Shown: positions 48,997 to 60,231, counted from the stretch's first letter. The stretch: 64,000 nt of DNA from Candidatus Poribacteria bacterium (GCA_965198235.1 OZ240248.1:2528001-2592000); one strand, 5' to 3'. Translations and numbers: made by a program. Notes: generated from the sequence alone by a model not told the origin.

Positions 48997-50943
48997 CTAA
49001 CGATAAAATGAATACACCGAAATCCCCCAGATAAGCCGGATCAACACCCAAGTACCACCTACAATGAATTGACCGAGGATGAGTCCCAAAAAGAGCGGTA
49101 ACACGCGGTGATAAAGCCGAATTCCACCAAACCGTAAGATAAGATTTTTGATCGCCCAACTAATCAACACGGAAAACCAAAGCCAGCCGAAGGTCCACAT
49201 ACTACTCGCGACTGCGTAGCCGGTAGGATGAAACGGAAACATCGGAAACCGAGTGCGCATCCACCACAGCAATCCTGTAAATAGAAATCCGACACCCATA
49301 AACGTCACCGCAGGGATGTTCGTTTCTGTTGGATAGTACAGCCATGAGCGGAGCGTATGATAACCCCCGCTTCCCAACCCAGGGTTCGCACCTATCTTGT
49401 AGGAAACCACCAGATATGCCCAAAACGAAGCGAGAATCCCGAAAAAAACACCGCACATCAGTGCCACTACCATTCGTCCTGCGCGCATATTCGCTACTTC
49501 CACCAGTTTAAAACCTTCCAATGTGTGAGGCATCGGATGAGCGCGGTATCCACGATTAAACGCGAAATAGAGCGACATCATCGTTAAACTCGGTGGCGGA
49601 ATCATGCGCGAACCGAGCGAATCTATGATAAATTGTCGGGGGTTTGCTACAAACATCTCATGTGTCGGCGGTCCAACCTCAGCACGAACGCGTGTGATTC
49701 CCAACGCGAGAAGATAGTAGACAGCGAAATACAACGCTATCATCCAGATTGCCATCCCTCCACGGTGTGAAAAGATGAAAAGAAAGAGAACACCACCGAT
49801 TAACCCTGCCAGTGGCCATCGATAGTCCGTTGAATCTTGCATCTCAGGTGGAAGGTTCGGGTCTTTTTGACCCATCAGGTTTCTGAACATCGCGTAAAAA
49901 TGCTTGCGCCCACCATAGAGTCCAAAGCAGGCGATAGCCAGATACGCGCCTACGCCTTGCGGTCCGTCGTAGGGGAAACCGGGCAAAACTTGAAGCCCCA
50001 TCGCCCGCCCCAAAATGCGTTCCCCTTTCCAAAACAGGTAGAAAAACCAGAGCGAAAACGACATCTCCAACGGCATTAAAAAAGCGAGCCCTACACCGAA
50101 TGAGAGGATATAAACAGGAGTCCAGCCCATTGCGTCCCACGGTTTTTCGGTGAAATAGATGCCGAGATCTGCCTTACGAACCGGTATCTCTGGAAATGTT
50201 GGAAAGAAGGCATGGATACCGTTAATTAGGTCGATACTTCCCGCAATCGCGAAGCCTGTCCACAACATCCCGTTTTTAAAGAGCCGTCCATCTGAGTGGG
50301 TCATTTCTATCGGCAGGCGGACGATCGGATAGCTGAGCCGCTCCCGTTCAATCCACTGCTTCCGGAGGAGCAGGTCGATGCAAATCATCACCCAAATCAG
50401 GACAGATAGAAAGATAGTCCACCATAAAATCGGTTTCCACCATGCTACCAGATACCTTTGTGTATAAAAGGTTGTGTCGCCATCGTAGAAATCTTGCAAG
50501 ACGGATAAATCACTGAGTGTCATCCAATTCGGTAGATGCCGCCAGAAGAGTTGTTGCCATTCATTTTCGGGTGTTGCAAACCAAAAACCGTTCGGAATGA
50601 CAGGCACGACGGTCTGCATCATATCATGCCCCGCGATCGCCGATGAGATAGAGAGGATAACGTAGATAGTGAGCAGTTCTCCCTGTCGGAACGCGAAACG
50701 GGGCAACAGCAATTTGAGCAAGAAATTGAGGCACGTTAACACCACCAATGTTACCACGACGTTGTAAATCAGCGACATCGTTGTTGGTAAGGTACTCCAG
50801 TAACGGAGATGGTTCGCCATGATAAAATAAGTGTTTGGCGGTATGAGTATGATGCCGATCAAAATCGCGCGGAAGGTAACACCAGGGTGTGCAGGTTGCG
50901 GTGTTTCTTGAAGGTTTGGTGAATATTGTGATGTATGCGCCAT
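48997..50943 (-). CDS. Polytopic membrane protein, DUF6785/DUF6784-type
   Basis: Paralog of 18029-19990 (RKQW..ERLSYPI..LP, RVRAE.GPP.HEM, PFHPTGY). Confidence 0.7.
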   Translation of the reverse strand: MAHTSQYSPNLQETPQPAHPGVTFRAILIGIILIPPNTYFIMANHLRYWSTLPTTMSLIYNVVVTLVVLTCLNFLLKLLLPRFAFRQGELLTIYVILSISSAIAGHDMMQTVVPVIPNGFWFATPENEWQQLFWRHLPNWMTLSDLSVLQDFYDGDTTFYTQRYLVAWWKPILWWTIFLSVLIWVMICIDLLLRKQWIERERLSYPIVRLPIEMTHSDGRLFKNGMLWTGFAIAGSIDLINGIHAFFPTFPEIPVRKADLGIYFTEKPWDAMGWTPVYILSFGVGLAFLMPLEMSFSLWFFYLFWKGERILGRAMGLQVLPGFPYDGPQGVGAYLAIACFGLYGGRKHFYAMFRNLMGQKDPNLPPEMQDSTDYRWPLAGLIGGVLFLFIFSHRGGMAIWMIALYFAVYYLLALGITRVRAEVGPPTHEMFVANPRQFIIDSLGSRMIPPPSLTMMSLYFAFNRGYRAHPMPHTLEGFKLVEVANMRAGRMVVALMCGVFFGILASFWAYLVVSYKIGANPGLGSGGYHTLRSWLYYPTETNIPAVTFMGVGFLFTGLLWWMRTRFPMFPFHPTGYAVASSMWTFGWLWFSVLISWAIKNLILRFGGIRLYHRVLPLFLGLILGQFIVGGTWVLIRLIWGISVYSFYR

Positions 50944-51233
50944 AAAAATGCTTTATAGGATCGTAAGTTATAGTAAAGCCCGAAAATATGTAGACAGTTG
51001 TTCAGTGAACGAACCCACCACCACCGCTGGCGAGGGTGTTTTTGATAGGGTGTTTCCCCTAGTATCCTCGCCTCCTCGTAATGTCCAAGTAATTGTGGAT
51101 TTTACTATAAAATCGAAGAGAAAAGAGGTACTACTGGAGGATTTACGGCGGGACATGCCTGCCGGAACTGGTTACATATTATCACATTTTCAGGTGAAAA
51201 TCAACCTTTCTGTCGATAAGAGGCACATCCGGT

Positions 51234-51992
51234 TCAGAAACGCATCTGTTTAAGTAGGATAGGGAAAAATAACAAAGATAGTGTGCAAAACAGTCCGATG
51301 TTCCATACCCACAAGTGCGTTGAATCCGCGTTGAGAATTGACAATAGGGCACACAGTGGACTCGTCGCTGCGAACATCGGGCTTACGTTAAATGGCGAAA
51401 CTGGAACCAGTGGAAGAAAAGTGGTAAGTAGCACAAGCCCGTAACTTATACTCTTGGCACGAATCGGAGGATTCCAGAACGCGAAACCGATGCCGATGAG
51501 CGCGTAGAAAATACAACTCACCAGTAGCACCGCGCCGCATCTCACTACTTGTGCTATTGCCAAACCGCCTATGTAGTTTGAGAGTGCCAACAGTGGAATT
51601 GTTAGCCAAATACCCCACAGAGCCCATACCACAATTGCACTGAGTTTACCTGCCAAAATTTTCCAATTTGTCAATGGCGTTAACGCGAGAAGTGCCCCGT
51701 TCTGTCCATACCCTTGTGGACACGCTTGATAAGACCTTCGAGTCCCTTCCGTATGCCACGCCTCAATCGCATGCCGTGGCACCCAAAATTGCCCAATGAA
51801 AAGGGCGATAATAAAAAGCGTATACGTTTGTTTCCCGACATCAATAGGTTTTCCCGTCCGGCTGTCAGCGTAGAATTCAACTGTTGCTATGAACAGGAGC
51901 AACGTGAGTGCACATATCATCAGAAACTGGATACGTCGATATTTGGTAGAATTACAATAGCAATGGAGTTCTTTGAAGATGATGGCTAACAT
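51234..51992 (-). CDS. Membrane protein, ABC-2 permease-like
   Basis: IIFKEL start, LLALTPLTNWKILAGKL, about 6 TM helices. Confidence 0.55.
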   Translation of the reverse strand: MLAIIFKELHCYCNSTKYRRIQFLMICALTLLLFIATVEFYADSRTGKPIDVGKQTYTLFIIALFIGQFWVPRHAIEAWHTEGTRRSYQACPQGYGQNGALLALTPLTNWKILAGKLSAIVVWALWGIWLTIPLLALSNYIGGLAIAQVVRCGAVLLVSCIFYALIGIGFAFWNPPIRAKSISYGLVLLTTFLPLVPVSPFNVSPMFAATSPLCALLSILNADSTHLWVWNIGLFCTLSLLFFPILLKQMRF

Positions 51993-52112
51993 AATATCTT
52001 CTTAGGACTTACGCACTTCACTTCCGTTTCCGCGCTGGCGAGGTTTCCGAACCTCGCCTACCGATACCCTTCCGTTTCCGAACCTCGCCTATCGCTTGTC
52101 GACTGTTATTAC

Positions 52113-52153
52113 AATCCCGCAAATCCTAAAATCCCGCAAATCCTGATTCTGAT
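52113..52153. repeat. 9-bp tandem AATCC-type repeat ending in AATCCTGATTC
   Basis: Same family at about 48954-48995. Confidence 0.6.
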
Positions 52154-52348
52154 AAAGTGTTTTTTATTGACACGTTTCTACATAACTGTTATCTTCATTA
52201 CAAGCGAAACACACGAGACACCATATACTACAACAAGTAAAATAACGGTTAGCAGTCCAGGCTTGAACAAAAAATTTACGACGCGTAAATAAGTATTCTT
52301 GACGAAATGCTGACAGCCGATGGCTGATAGCCAATAAAGGAGGCTTCC

Positions 52349-53539
52349 ATGTCCAAACTCAACATCGCTTTAGTTGGTGCAGGAAGGCGAGGCAGTGCTG
52401 CGCATCTGCCTGTTATTGCGAAACTCAAAGATATTTACAATCTCGTCGCAATTTGCGATATAGACGAGGAAATAGCAACGCACTACGCGAAGCAATATGG
52501 CGCGACCCCGTATACCAATGTCCGAGATCTCGTTGCACATGAAGAACTTGATGTCGTTGATATTACTGTTCCGGGTGTCGCACATCACGCGATTGCATGC
52601 TTTATGGCAGATGCGGGCGTTCATATCCTTTGCGAAACCCCTATTGCTGTTACACTCCCCACAGCAGACCTGATGATTGAACGTGCCAAAGCGAATAATG
52701 TCAAACTTGAGATCGCTGAAAACTATTACCGTGTGCCACGTGAGCGGTTTTTGTCAAAAGTTATTGAAGCAGACGTTATCGGCGAAGTCGCTCGAATCTA
52801 CCGAATTTTCCATGAAGGGGGTCATCATGGCATGAGCATGCTCCGCCTCCGTGCGGGTGGTGAGCCGAAGTCTATACTCGGTATCACACAGACAAGCCCT
52901 GTAATTCCGATTATCGACCGAATGAAGCGGCATCATACCAGTGAAAACTGGAGCCTCGGCTTCATTGAATTCGACAACAACGCGACCGCCCTCATGGTGT
53001 ATTCCAACGTTATCCACGCCCGATCCTTGGGACGCGGGCAAACCGGTATTTCGCAGATCGATGGTAGCAAAGGTGCCATTGTCGGTGAGGATATCTACGT
53101 AACGCCCGCAGACGATCTACAATCTGGTGCGCTCGGCATCGCTTACCGTCCCGAACGAACCACAATTGACGTGGATGGCATTGAAGTAATTGAGAAGATC
53201 GAGTTGCAATTACCTGAACAGACCGTGACGTGGGAAAACCCACTCAAGAACTATGCCATTTCCGAGAGACAAATGGCAGTGGCAGATGAACTGCTCAGCA
53301 TCGCCACGGCTGTGCTTAACGATACGGAACCTGAATACGGCGCAGTGCTCGGCAAGCAAGACCAAGAGATGAACATCGCGATGAACGAATCCGGTAATCG
53401 CAGCAGAGAAGCCATCGCTTTTCCTCTGACCGACCTAACAGCCACAGAGCGCGGCACCCACGAAAGTTATCAGCAGCAACATGGACATCCGATTGAAGAC
53501 ATCGAAGCAGGAATTGATACGTTCTTTCCACGCCGCTAA
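52349..53539 (+). CDS. Gfo/Idh/MocA oxidoreductase
   Basis: IALVGAGRRG, GVHILCETP; RBS AAGGAGG. Confidence 0.88.
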   Translation: MSKLNIALVGAGRRGSAAHLPVIAKLKDIYNLVAICDIDEEIATHYAKQYGATPYTNVRDLVAHEELDVVDITVPGVAHHAIACFMADAGVHILCETPIAVTLPTADLMIERAKANNVKLEIAENYYRVPRERFLSKVIEADVIGEVARIYRIFHEGGHHGMSMLRLRAGGEPKSILGITQTSPVIPIIDRMKRHHTSENWSLGFIEFDNNATALMVYSNVIHARSLGRGQTGISQIDGSKGAIVGEDIYVTPADDLQSGALGIAYRPERTTIDVDGIEVIEKIELQLPEQTVTWENPLKNYAISERQMAVADELLSIATAVLNDTEPEYGAVLGKQDQEMNIAMNESGNRSREAIAFPLTDLTATERGTHESYQQQHGHPIEDIEAGIDTFFPRR

Positions 53540-53807
53540 CATCATAGCATATTGCGCGTGTGAATTCAAACGTTTTTACAGAGGCGTTCAGTTCTCCTGT
53601 AGGAGGGAACTCCGATTCCCGACATACTCCGGTTAGGAGGGGTTTCCCAGTCGCTCTGGATAGCACATATCTTCCTTCGCTCGCGAGGTATTCCAACCTC
53701 GCCTTTTCGTCATTGCTGACTGTCAATCTCGGTAGGTAGTGATGACAATGGGCAAATGTATAAGTGCCTTAGTTTCCCTGCCTCTCAACTCAAGGTGTTT
53801 CACTAAG

Positions 53808-54049
53808 AACCCATAGAAACGAATTCCAAACCTCAAGCAGATAATCAACCAAAAATTATTGATGTTATTATGCTTGAAAAACATCAAGAATTAAAGGAAC
53901 ATTGGGAACGTGTTACGCAAACTCTTAATAACACGTATGAACATCAGGTTGAGGATATAATCGGATCTATTGAGCATATACGCACCTCTGGTGAATATGA
54001 TGTATACAGGGGTGAAGATAGAAATTACGAATGCGTAAGTTCATATTAG
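53808..54049 (+). pseudogene. Gene remnant ending in an FRG-domain-like start
   Basis: Reads ...EDIIGSIEHIRTSGEYDVYRGEDRNYECVSS, cut just before TAGGACTTACACA (IS701-like end). Confidence 0.4.
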
Positions 54050-54258
54050 ATAGGACTTACACATTTCCTCTTTCAGGTTCTCTACCGCCCTGGTAAGGGG
54101 ATATAGGCGATTTCTGAAACTCGCCTGTTTTTTCACATATTCACTGACCACATCCCCAACACATTTCATCTAAAAAAATTGGTTGCGAATAGGTTGATTT
54201 TTTGCTACACTATAGATAGCAGCAAATTGCCACATCTCATCAAAGGAGGAGTGAAGAT

Positions 54259-54474
54259 ATGGGTGGAATAGGCGGAATGGAGATCTTTATAATCCTTGTG
54301 GTCGCACTCGTCATTTTTGGACCGAAGAAGTTGCCCGAGATGGGGCGTTCACTCGGGAAAGCTATCCGAGAATTTAAGAGTGCCGGTAGTGATCTTCAGG
54401 ATGAATTGACAAAAACAGCAAATGAGATTGATAAAGAACCGGACCCGAACATTAAACCTCCAAAACAGTCTTAA
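54259..54474 (+). CDS. tatA: Twin-arginine translocase TatA/E
   Basis: EIFIILVVALVIFGPKKLPEMGRSLGKAIREFK. Confidence 0.93.
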   Translation: MGGIGGMEIFIILVVALVIFGPKKLPEMGRSLGKAIREFKSAGSDLQDELTKTANEIDKEPDPNIKPPKQS

Positions 54475-54638
54475 CTGTCAATTTCGTGTTCGTGGACATC
54501 GGCTGCTGTCACAGGGCGCGATTCTATCATCAAAGACCCGTTTTTTTGACCATCAACTCGTCTTCCACATTTTATTGTAAAGGCACGAGTTGATGATCAA
54601 AACGGAAAAAACAGAGCGAAAACCCGATAGTAAAAAAA

Positions 54639-55460
54639 ATGGAATCTACCGAAGTTGCAATGACTTTCTGGGAACACTTGGAGGAACTCCGGCGCCGAAT
54701 TATTATTTCTGCTATTGCAATCGCCGTTTTTACGGTCTTAAGCTTATCCTTCAGCAAGCCCATTGAAAAGGTAATTAAGTTTCCATTGGGAACTTCGATG
54801 AACACGCTAATTGCGAATGCTATTGATGCCATGGGGGGTTCTGAGGGATCGATACTCGGGTTTTTCGCACTCGCTTTGCGGTCTGGAACTTCCAGTGTCA
54901 ACGCAACACTTATGAAGATAGGTCCCTTGGAAGGTATCATGGCATACCTGAAATTAGGGATAACTACCGGCATTTTGCTGGCACTACCGATAGTCATTTA
55001 TCATATTTGGGCGTTTGTTTTTCCAGCCTTGAATCGCGAGGAGCAGCAATTCGCGATGCCGCTGTTTTTAATTATCGTCGTATTTTTCATCTTCGGTGCT
55101 GCGTTCGCCTACTTTATTGTCACACCGGTGGTCCTGCAATTCTCCGCACAGCTGCTTCCAGAGTTACCCAATATGTGGGACCTGGAAAAATATATTAACT
55201 TTGTAACTCGCTTAATCTTAGGATTCGGTATCGCTTTTGAGTTACCGATAGTGATGGCGTTCCTGTCCCGTATCGGTGTCATTGATGCGCGGGGCTTCCG
55301 TGAAAAGCAAAGTTACGCTTTATTAGGTATCTGTGTCATGTCAGCCCTCTTGACACCTGCCGATCCAGGTTCAATGTTGTTGATGGCAATACCACTCTTT
55401 GTTTTGTATCAACTCGGTATTTTCTTCGCGTATCTCGTCGAAAAGGAGGCAGAAATATAA
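54639..55460 (+). CDS. tatC: Twin-arginine translocase TatC
   Basis: MTFWEHLEELRRR, FGIAFELP, LTPADP. Confidence 0.95.
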   Translation: MESTEVAMTFWEHLEELRRRIIISAIAIAVFTVLSLSFSKPIEKVIKFPLGTSMNTLIANAIDAMGGSEGSILGFFALALRSGTSSVNATLMKIGPLEGIMAYLKLGITTGILLALPIVIYHIWAFVFPALNREEQQFAMPLFLIIVVFFIFGAAFAYFIVTPVVLQFSAQLLPELPNMWDLEKYINFVTRLILGFGIAFELPIVMAFLSRIGVIDARGFREKQSYALLGICVMSALLTPADPGSMLLMAIPLFVLYQLGIFFAYLVEKEAEI

Positions 55461-56233
55461 TGTCTAACGAGCCTTTACAGGAACAACTCGCTTTGTTATA
55501 CCACTTACAAGAGCGTGACCAAGAACTGTTGTCAACCCAGCAAAAACTTCAAGATATCCCGAATCACATTAAGCAATTAGAAGCGACGGTCGTGCAGTGT
55601 GAAGAGGATTTTGCAGCAAAATCGGCGGAACTCGCGGAGGCAGAAAAGGCGCAGCGTTCCAAAAACGCTGAACTTGAAATGAATGCTGTGCAACGCGAAA
55701 AATATCGAAATGAACAACGAGTTGTCACCTCAAACGAAGCTTATACTGCCCTTGAACGTCAAATTGAATTTCTCGACAAAGAAGACGGGGAATCGGAAGA
55801 TACTATCTTAGTTCTTATGGAGAAAAGCGATCAATTAAAAGAGGAATTGGCAACATTGGAAGTTGAAGTCAACCGCGAAAAGCAGAAAACCGCTACTGAA
55901 ACTGCGCAACTCCAACAAGAACTCCAGGACTTAGAGACAGAGAGGGATGAAAAGTTGAAGCAGCGGAAGGCGTTTCTTCCTAAAATTAACAAAGGACTCA
56001 GAGACGAATATCACCGCTGGATGAAGGCGCAGTTTGCAAACCAGTCCCGCGCAGCACGAGCGAAAACTGGTTTCGTCGCCCTAAGCAAAAACGGTATCTG
56101 TACCAGTTGCCGCATCGCTATTCAACCCCAGACCCTCAAGGAGGCTCAAAAGTATCAGAAGCAGGTCTACTGTTCAAGTTGCCAAAGGCTTCTTTACGTC
56201 GAGCCTGCCACACCCGATGTTACATTTCCGTAG
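55460..56233 (+). CDS. Coiled-coil C4 zinc-ribbon protein (CT398/DUF164-like)
   Basis: Long coiled coil, CTSC...CSSCQRLLY. Confidence 0.85.
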   Translation: MSNEPLQEQLALLYHLQERDQELLSTQQKLQDIPNHIKQLEATVVQCEEDFAAKSAELAEAEKAQRSKNAELEMNAVQREKYRNEQRVVTSNEAYTALERQIEFLDKEDGESEDTILVLMEKSDQLKEELATLEVEVNREKQKTATETAQLQQELQDLETERDEKLKQRKAFLPKINKGLRDEYHRWMKAQFANQSRAARAKTGFVALSKNGICTSCRIAIQPQTLKEAQKYQKQVYCSSCQRLLYVEPATPDVTFP

Positions 56234-56304
56234 AAAGGTTATGCATTCACTGACAACTGATAACTGACTGCAACACATATCTAAACAGGAGGCACTCACA
56301 ACCA

Positions 56305-56631
56305 ATGCCCTTTTTTGTCATTGATGAGCAACCGGAAAAGCAGGTGTTTGATGGCGCAAGTATTCGGACACTTCACGGTGAAAAAGTAATGATGTCCTTC
56401 GTCAATCTCCAACCTCATAGTGTCGTTGCTGAGCACAGCCATCCACATGAACAGATGGGAATGGTACTGGAGGGGACATTTGAACTGTCCATTGACGGAG
56501 ATTCTCAGATACTCAAAAAGGGTGATGCTTACCTTATTCCTTCCAACGTGAAGCACAGCGCGAGAGCGTTTGAAGAGCCCGCTGTTGCTCTTGACATTTT
56601 TAGTCCGCCACGAGAAGATTACAAGTTATGA
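56305..56631 (+). CDS. Cupin domain protein
   Basis: HSHPHEQ, IPSNVKHS, DIFSPPREDY. Confidence 0.9.
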   Translation: MPFFVIDEQPEKQVFDGASIRTLHGEKVMMSFVNLQPHSVVAEHSHPHEQMGMVLEGTFELSIDGDSQILKKGDAYLIPSNVKHSARAFEEPAVALDIFSPPREDYKL

Positions 56632-57383
56632 AGACGTATCGCGCGATTCAGGAATTTCAAACAACCCGTATTGTCACTGCCGGTATTAGTCTGCGAACTG
56701 GTGGTGTCAGCCACGCACCTTACGCAGCCTTGAATCTCGCTGAGCATGTCGGTGACGATGCGACTGCAGTCGCGACCAACAAGAGAATCCTTTTTCGGCA
56801 AACCGGCTTAAAGGACCTGCGGTGTTGTCGTCAAGTTCATGGTAATTGTGTTATTGATGTAGATAACACAGCGGGAGCATCTCTTGAAAACCCTCCTGAG
56901 GCGGATGCCCTTGTCGCGGCGTGTCACGGCGTGACATTGGGAATTTTTACGGCGGATTGTGTCCCTATTTTCATTCTTGATATTGAAACGCCAGCAATCG
57001 GTATCGCGCATGCGGGGTGGCGCGGCACCTTCGCTCGAATTGCGGTGAACACGCTTGCACAAATGAAAGCCAGTTTCGGAACCGTTGCTACAAACTGCCG
57101 AATTCATTTGGGGCCCTCTATCCAGAGATGTTGCTATACCGTCAGTACAGAATTGCTCACTCAATTTGCTGAACGTTTCGGCAGCACCGTCCACAATGGA
57201 ACAAACTTGAGTCTACAGGCTGCCAATGTTAACCAATTGGTTGAAGCAGGTTTACCCTCCACTTCCATCTCAATATCCCCACTTTGCACCGCTTGTCGTA
57301 CAGACCTCTTTTATTCGCATCGGGCTGAGAACGGACAAACGGGTAGAATGCTCTCATTTATCCGACTCAATACCGAAAATTAA
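56628..57383 (+). CDS. pgeF: PgeF/YfiH family protein
   Basis: QVHG, TADCVP, AHAGWRG, GPSI..CCY, CT.C...FYSHR...GR. Confidence 0.9.
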   Translation: MKTYRAIQEFQTTRIVTAGISLRTGGVSHAPYAALNLAEHVGDDATAVATNKRILFRQTGLKDLRCCRQVHGNCVIDVDNTAGASLENPPEADALVAACHGVTLGIFTADCVPIFILDIETPAIGIAHAGWRGTFARIAVNTLAQMKASFGTVATNCRIHLGPSIQRCCYTVSTELLTQFAERFGSTVHNGTNLSLQAANVNQLVEAGLPSTSISISPLCTACRTDLFYSHRAENGQTGRMLSFIRLNTEN

Positions 57384-57726
57384 GCCTATCTCACAAATAC
57401 CGATTCGTCAGATTCGGTCCCACCTCTCGGTTCTACAAACTGTTTGTGAGATGATTTATAGAGGTTGTCCAGGGCAATTTCATCTTTGGTTGTAGAAATC
57501 AATCCTTGTGACGAAAAATTTGCTTTTCTTGGAAAAATATAGTATCATTAATAATATATAAATACATATTAAAGGCACGAATAAAGAAGCAACAGTATCA
57601 GCATTGCCCGTAGTCGAAACCTTACTACAATTTGTAACGTTATTTTCCTTAGATGTTCCAGCCTGTTTAGGACGATAATTTCTTAAACTCGTTGTTAGGT
57701 AACAATTTGGCATCCGCCGGAAAGAA

Positions 57727-58011
57727 TTGAAAATGCGCGTGCTCTTTGCAACGTTATCAATCGTTACAGGTTTGGTCGGGCTTGTTTTTATTATACAAGG
57801 TGGCAACCATCCTTCCAAGTATCGGGAGGTTTTGTCCGAAAGCGTGAGTGCCGTCCAAGTCACACAAGTTTATACGGAGGCAACGTATAAGATAGCTGTT
57901 GGTATTGGGATTGTTAGTATTGCTGTCTTAGTCGCCGTTATTGGTATACTCTTTCACGCAGGCAAGCCTTTAAATCCAGATCCGCCATCAACAGACAATC
58001 TTGAAGGTTGA
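57727..58011 (+). CDS. Small two-TM hypothetical protein
   Basis: Two hydrophobic segments in a 94-aa ORF. Confidence 0.55.
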   Translation: MKMRVLFATLSIVTGLVGLVFIIQGGNHPSKYREVLSESVSAVQVTQVYTEATYKIAVGIGIVSIAVLVAVIGILFHAGKPLNPDPPSTDNLEG

Positions 58012-58777
58012 CATACTCTTTAATCGAACCAATTTTGGAATTGAAAAATTGAACTTGATTGTCGATAATCTTTCCAAGATCAATGAACGCATTGCCAGTG
58101 CTGCAGAACGGAGTAAACGCACGCTCGATTCAATAACGCTCGTTGCTGTTACGAAAGGGCGTTCAGTGGCGGAAATTCGGACGGTTCTCGCCGCAGGGGC
58201 ATCGGACATAGGTGAAAACCGGGTACAGGAAGCGCAACAGAAGTACGCTCCGGTCAATTCATTTGTGGATGCTGCAGATACTGATGCCAGTGATAATACA
58301 TGCCGATGGCATCTTATTGGACATTTGCAAAGAAATAAGGTTAAAACCGCATTGGAGATGTTTTCACTGATTCATTCAGTTGACAGTTTGCGGCTTTTAG
58401 CAGAGATAGCACACCGGTCTGAACAACGCTCACAACGAACAGATGTTTTAATTCAGGTAAATACGACTCGCGAGGCAAGTAAACACGGATTGGCAGCCGA
58501 TGATTTGCTTCGGTTCATTGAAGACGCACAGGCATATCCGGCAGTCCACATCGTTGGGTTGATGACAATGGGGCAGTTAACGCCTTCACCGGACGCAAAC
58601 CGTCCCGCGTTCGCTTTGCTAAGATCGCTTGCTGAAAAAATAGAAGCCCAAAAATTCCCTGGAGTTACTATGAAGTATCTTTCTATGGGGATGACAAACG
58701 ACTTTGAGGTCGCCGTTCAGGAAGGCGCGAACCTCGTTAGAATCGGTAGGGCGATCTTCGAGGTTTCAGAGGAATAG
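58001..58777 (+). CDS. yggS: PLP homeostasis protein YggS
   Basis: LVAVTK, GENRVQE, WHLIGHLQRNK, LSMGMTNDF..A..EGA..VRIG; start may be TTG 58049. Confidence 0.93.
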   Translation: MKVDILFNRTNFGIEKLNLIVDNLSKINERIASAAERSKRTLDSITLVAVTKGRSVAEIRTVLAAGASDIGENRVQEAQQKYAPVNSFVDAADTDASDNTCRWHLIGHLQRNKVKTALEMFSLIHSVDSLRLLAEIAHRSEQRSQRTDVLIQVNTTREASKHGLAADDLLRFIEDAQAYPAVHIVGLMTMGQLTPSPDANRPAFALLRSLAEKIEAQKFPGVTMKYLSMGMTNDFEVAVQEGANLVRIGRAIFEVSEE

Positions 58778-59007
58778 CCATCAGTTGTCAGCCTGCCTCG
58801 CAGTGAGAGTTGAAGAGAGTTCTGATAGCTCGAACACCTTGCTGGCGAGGTTTTCAATCCTGTTCTTGTCTGATAACTAAAATACCAACGAAACTGTAGC
58901 CCGAAATGAAATAGAGGGGTTTTTGCTTGGGGTGTTTCTTCAGTTCTACGGAAAGGCACGTCATAAGCGAAACCTACCTGAACGAACCGCAAGGAATAAT
59001 TAAAAAC

Positions 59008-59808
59008 ATGGAGTTAGGTGTAATAGGCGTTGGAAAGATGGGCGGCATTATCGTCCGAAGTATCGCTGACACGGTATTTCCTGCCGAACAGATTTGGGTT
59101 ACCGACCTTGATAACACCCTCGTCGAGCAGCTCTGCGATGAAAAAGGGACTAACAGGGCAAGCGATATTACTACCTTGGTAGAAAATACTCAAGTTATTT
59201 TCTGTGCTGTCACACCTGCGGCAGTCCCACACGTCTTGCCACAGGTAGCACGCGCCTTATCAGCACCACAATGGCTCATTAGCATCGCAGCTGGTGTTAC
59301 GACCACAACGCTTGAATCCTACTTTGACAACGCTCCACCCGTCGTTCGGGTAATGCCAAATATCTCAGCCTCGGTGGGTGCTGCAATCTCGGTATTAACG
59401 GCTGGCAGCGCGGCGAATCAGGAGCATCTTGAAATAGCACAACAAATTTTCAACGCTTGTGGCACCTCTTTAGTGATGGATGAACGTCATCTTGATGCTG
59501 TTACCGGGGTAAGTGGGAGTGGTCCTGCCTATGTTGCACTCTTCATCGAAGCGTTAGCGGATGCAGGTGTTCATGTCGGTTTACCTCGGACGGATGCACA
59601 GAAACTCGCCACCCATACAGTCTTAGGCGCAGCTACGATGTTAATTGAAACGCAGGAACATCCGGCTGTACTCAAGAACCGTGTTACCACACCGGGCGGG
59701 ACAACCGCCGCCGGACTGCACGCTTTAGAACGAGGCGGTTTACGAGCAACTCTTACAGAAGCCATCCTCGCTGCGACGGAGCGAGCAAAGGAACTTGGCA
59801 ATACGTAA
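59008..59808 (+). CDS. proC: Pyrroline-5-carboxylate reductase
   Basis: IGVGKMG, SIAAG, RVMPN, SGSGPAY, VTTPGGTT. Confidence 0.95.
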   Translation: MELGVIGVGKMGGIIVRSIADTVFPAEQIWVTDLDNTLVEQLCDEKGTNRASDITTLVENTQVIFCAVTPAAVPHVLPQVARALSAPQWLISIAAGVTTTTLESYFDNAPPVVRVMPNISASVGAAISVLTAGSAANQEHLEIAQQIFNACGTSLVMDERHLDAVTGVSGSGPAYVALFIEALADAGVHVGLPRTDAQKLATHTVLGAATMLIETQEHPAVLKNRVTTPGGTTAAGLHALERGGLRATLTEAILAATERAKELGNT

Positions 59809-59837
59809 TAAGTTTGTGAGTTAACAGGACCCAAACA

Positions 59838-60101
59838 ATGGATATGCTCGCTTGGTTCATCAGTGAACTGCTTGAAATTTACACAATAATGGTTTTCGCG
59901 AATGCCGTACTCTCTTGGTTTGTTGGTGGCACACAAAACTCAGTCGTTAGGCAGCTCTACTGGTGGACAAGTCGCCTCGTGGATCCAGTTTTAAGTCCGA
60001 TTCGGAATGCACTCGGACCGGTGACTCGGAATTTTGGTATTGACATTTCACCTTTTGTGCTGATTCTTCTGTTACAATTTTTGGCTCATATCCTCTGGTG
60101 A
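59838..60101 (+). CDS. yggT: YggT family membrane protein
   Basis: VLSWF, DPVLSPIR, IDISP; follows proC. Confidence 0.85.
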   Translation: MDMLAWFISELLEIYTIMVFANAVLSWFVGGTQNSVVRQLYWWTSRLVDPVLSPIRNALGPVTRNFGIDISPFVLILLLQFLAHILW

Positions 60102-60231
60102 TAGATAGAAGGATATGCCAATCTGCTTGACACAGTGAAAACTGAGGAGACGGTTCGCACGAAAAAGCATAACCTCCTCAAGAGCCGCTTACCGTGTTGA
60201 CAAGCGGTCTCAGAAATCACAATACGAAAAT

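Noticed and set aside
60102-60231. T-box riboswitch upstream of the ileS-like gene
   Set aside because: Hairpins are present but no recognisable T-box antiterminator consensus, and the region is short
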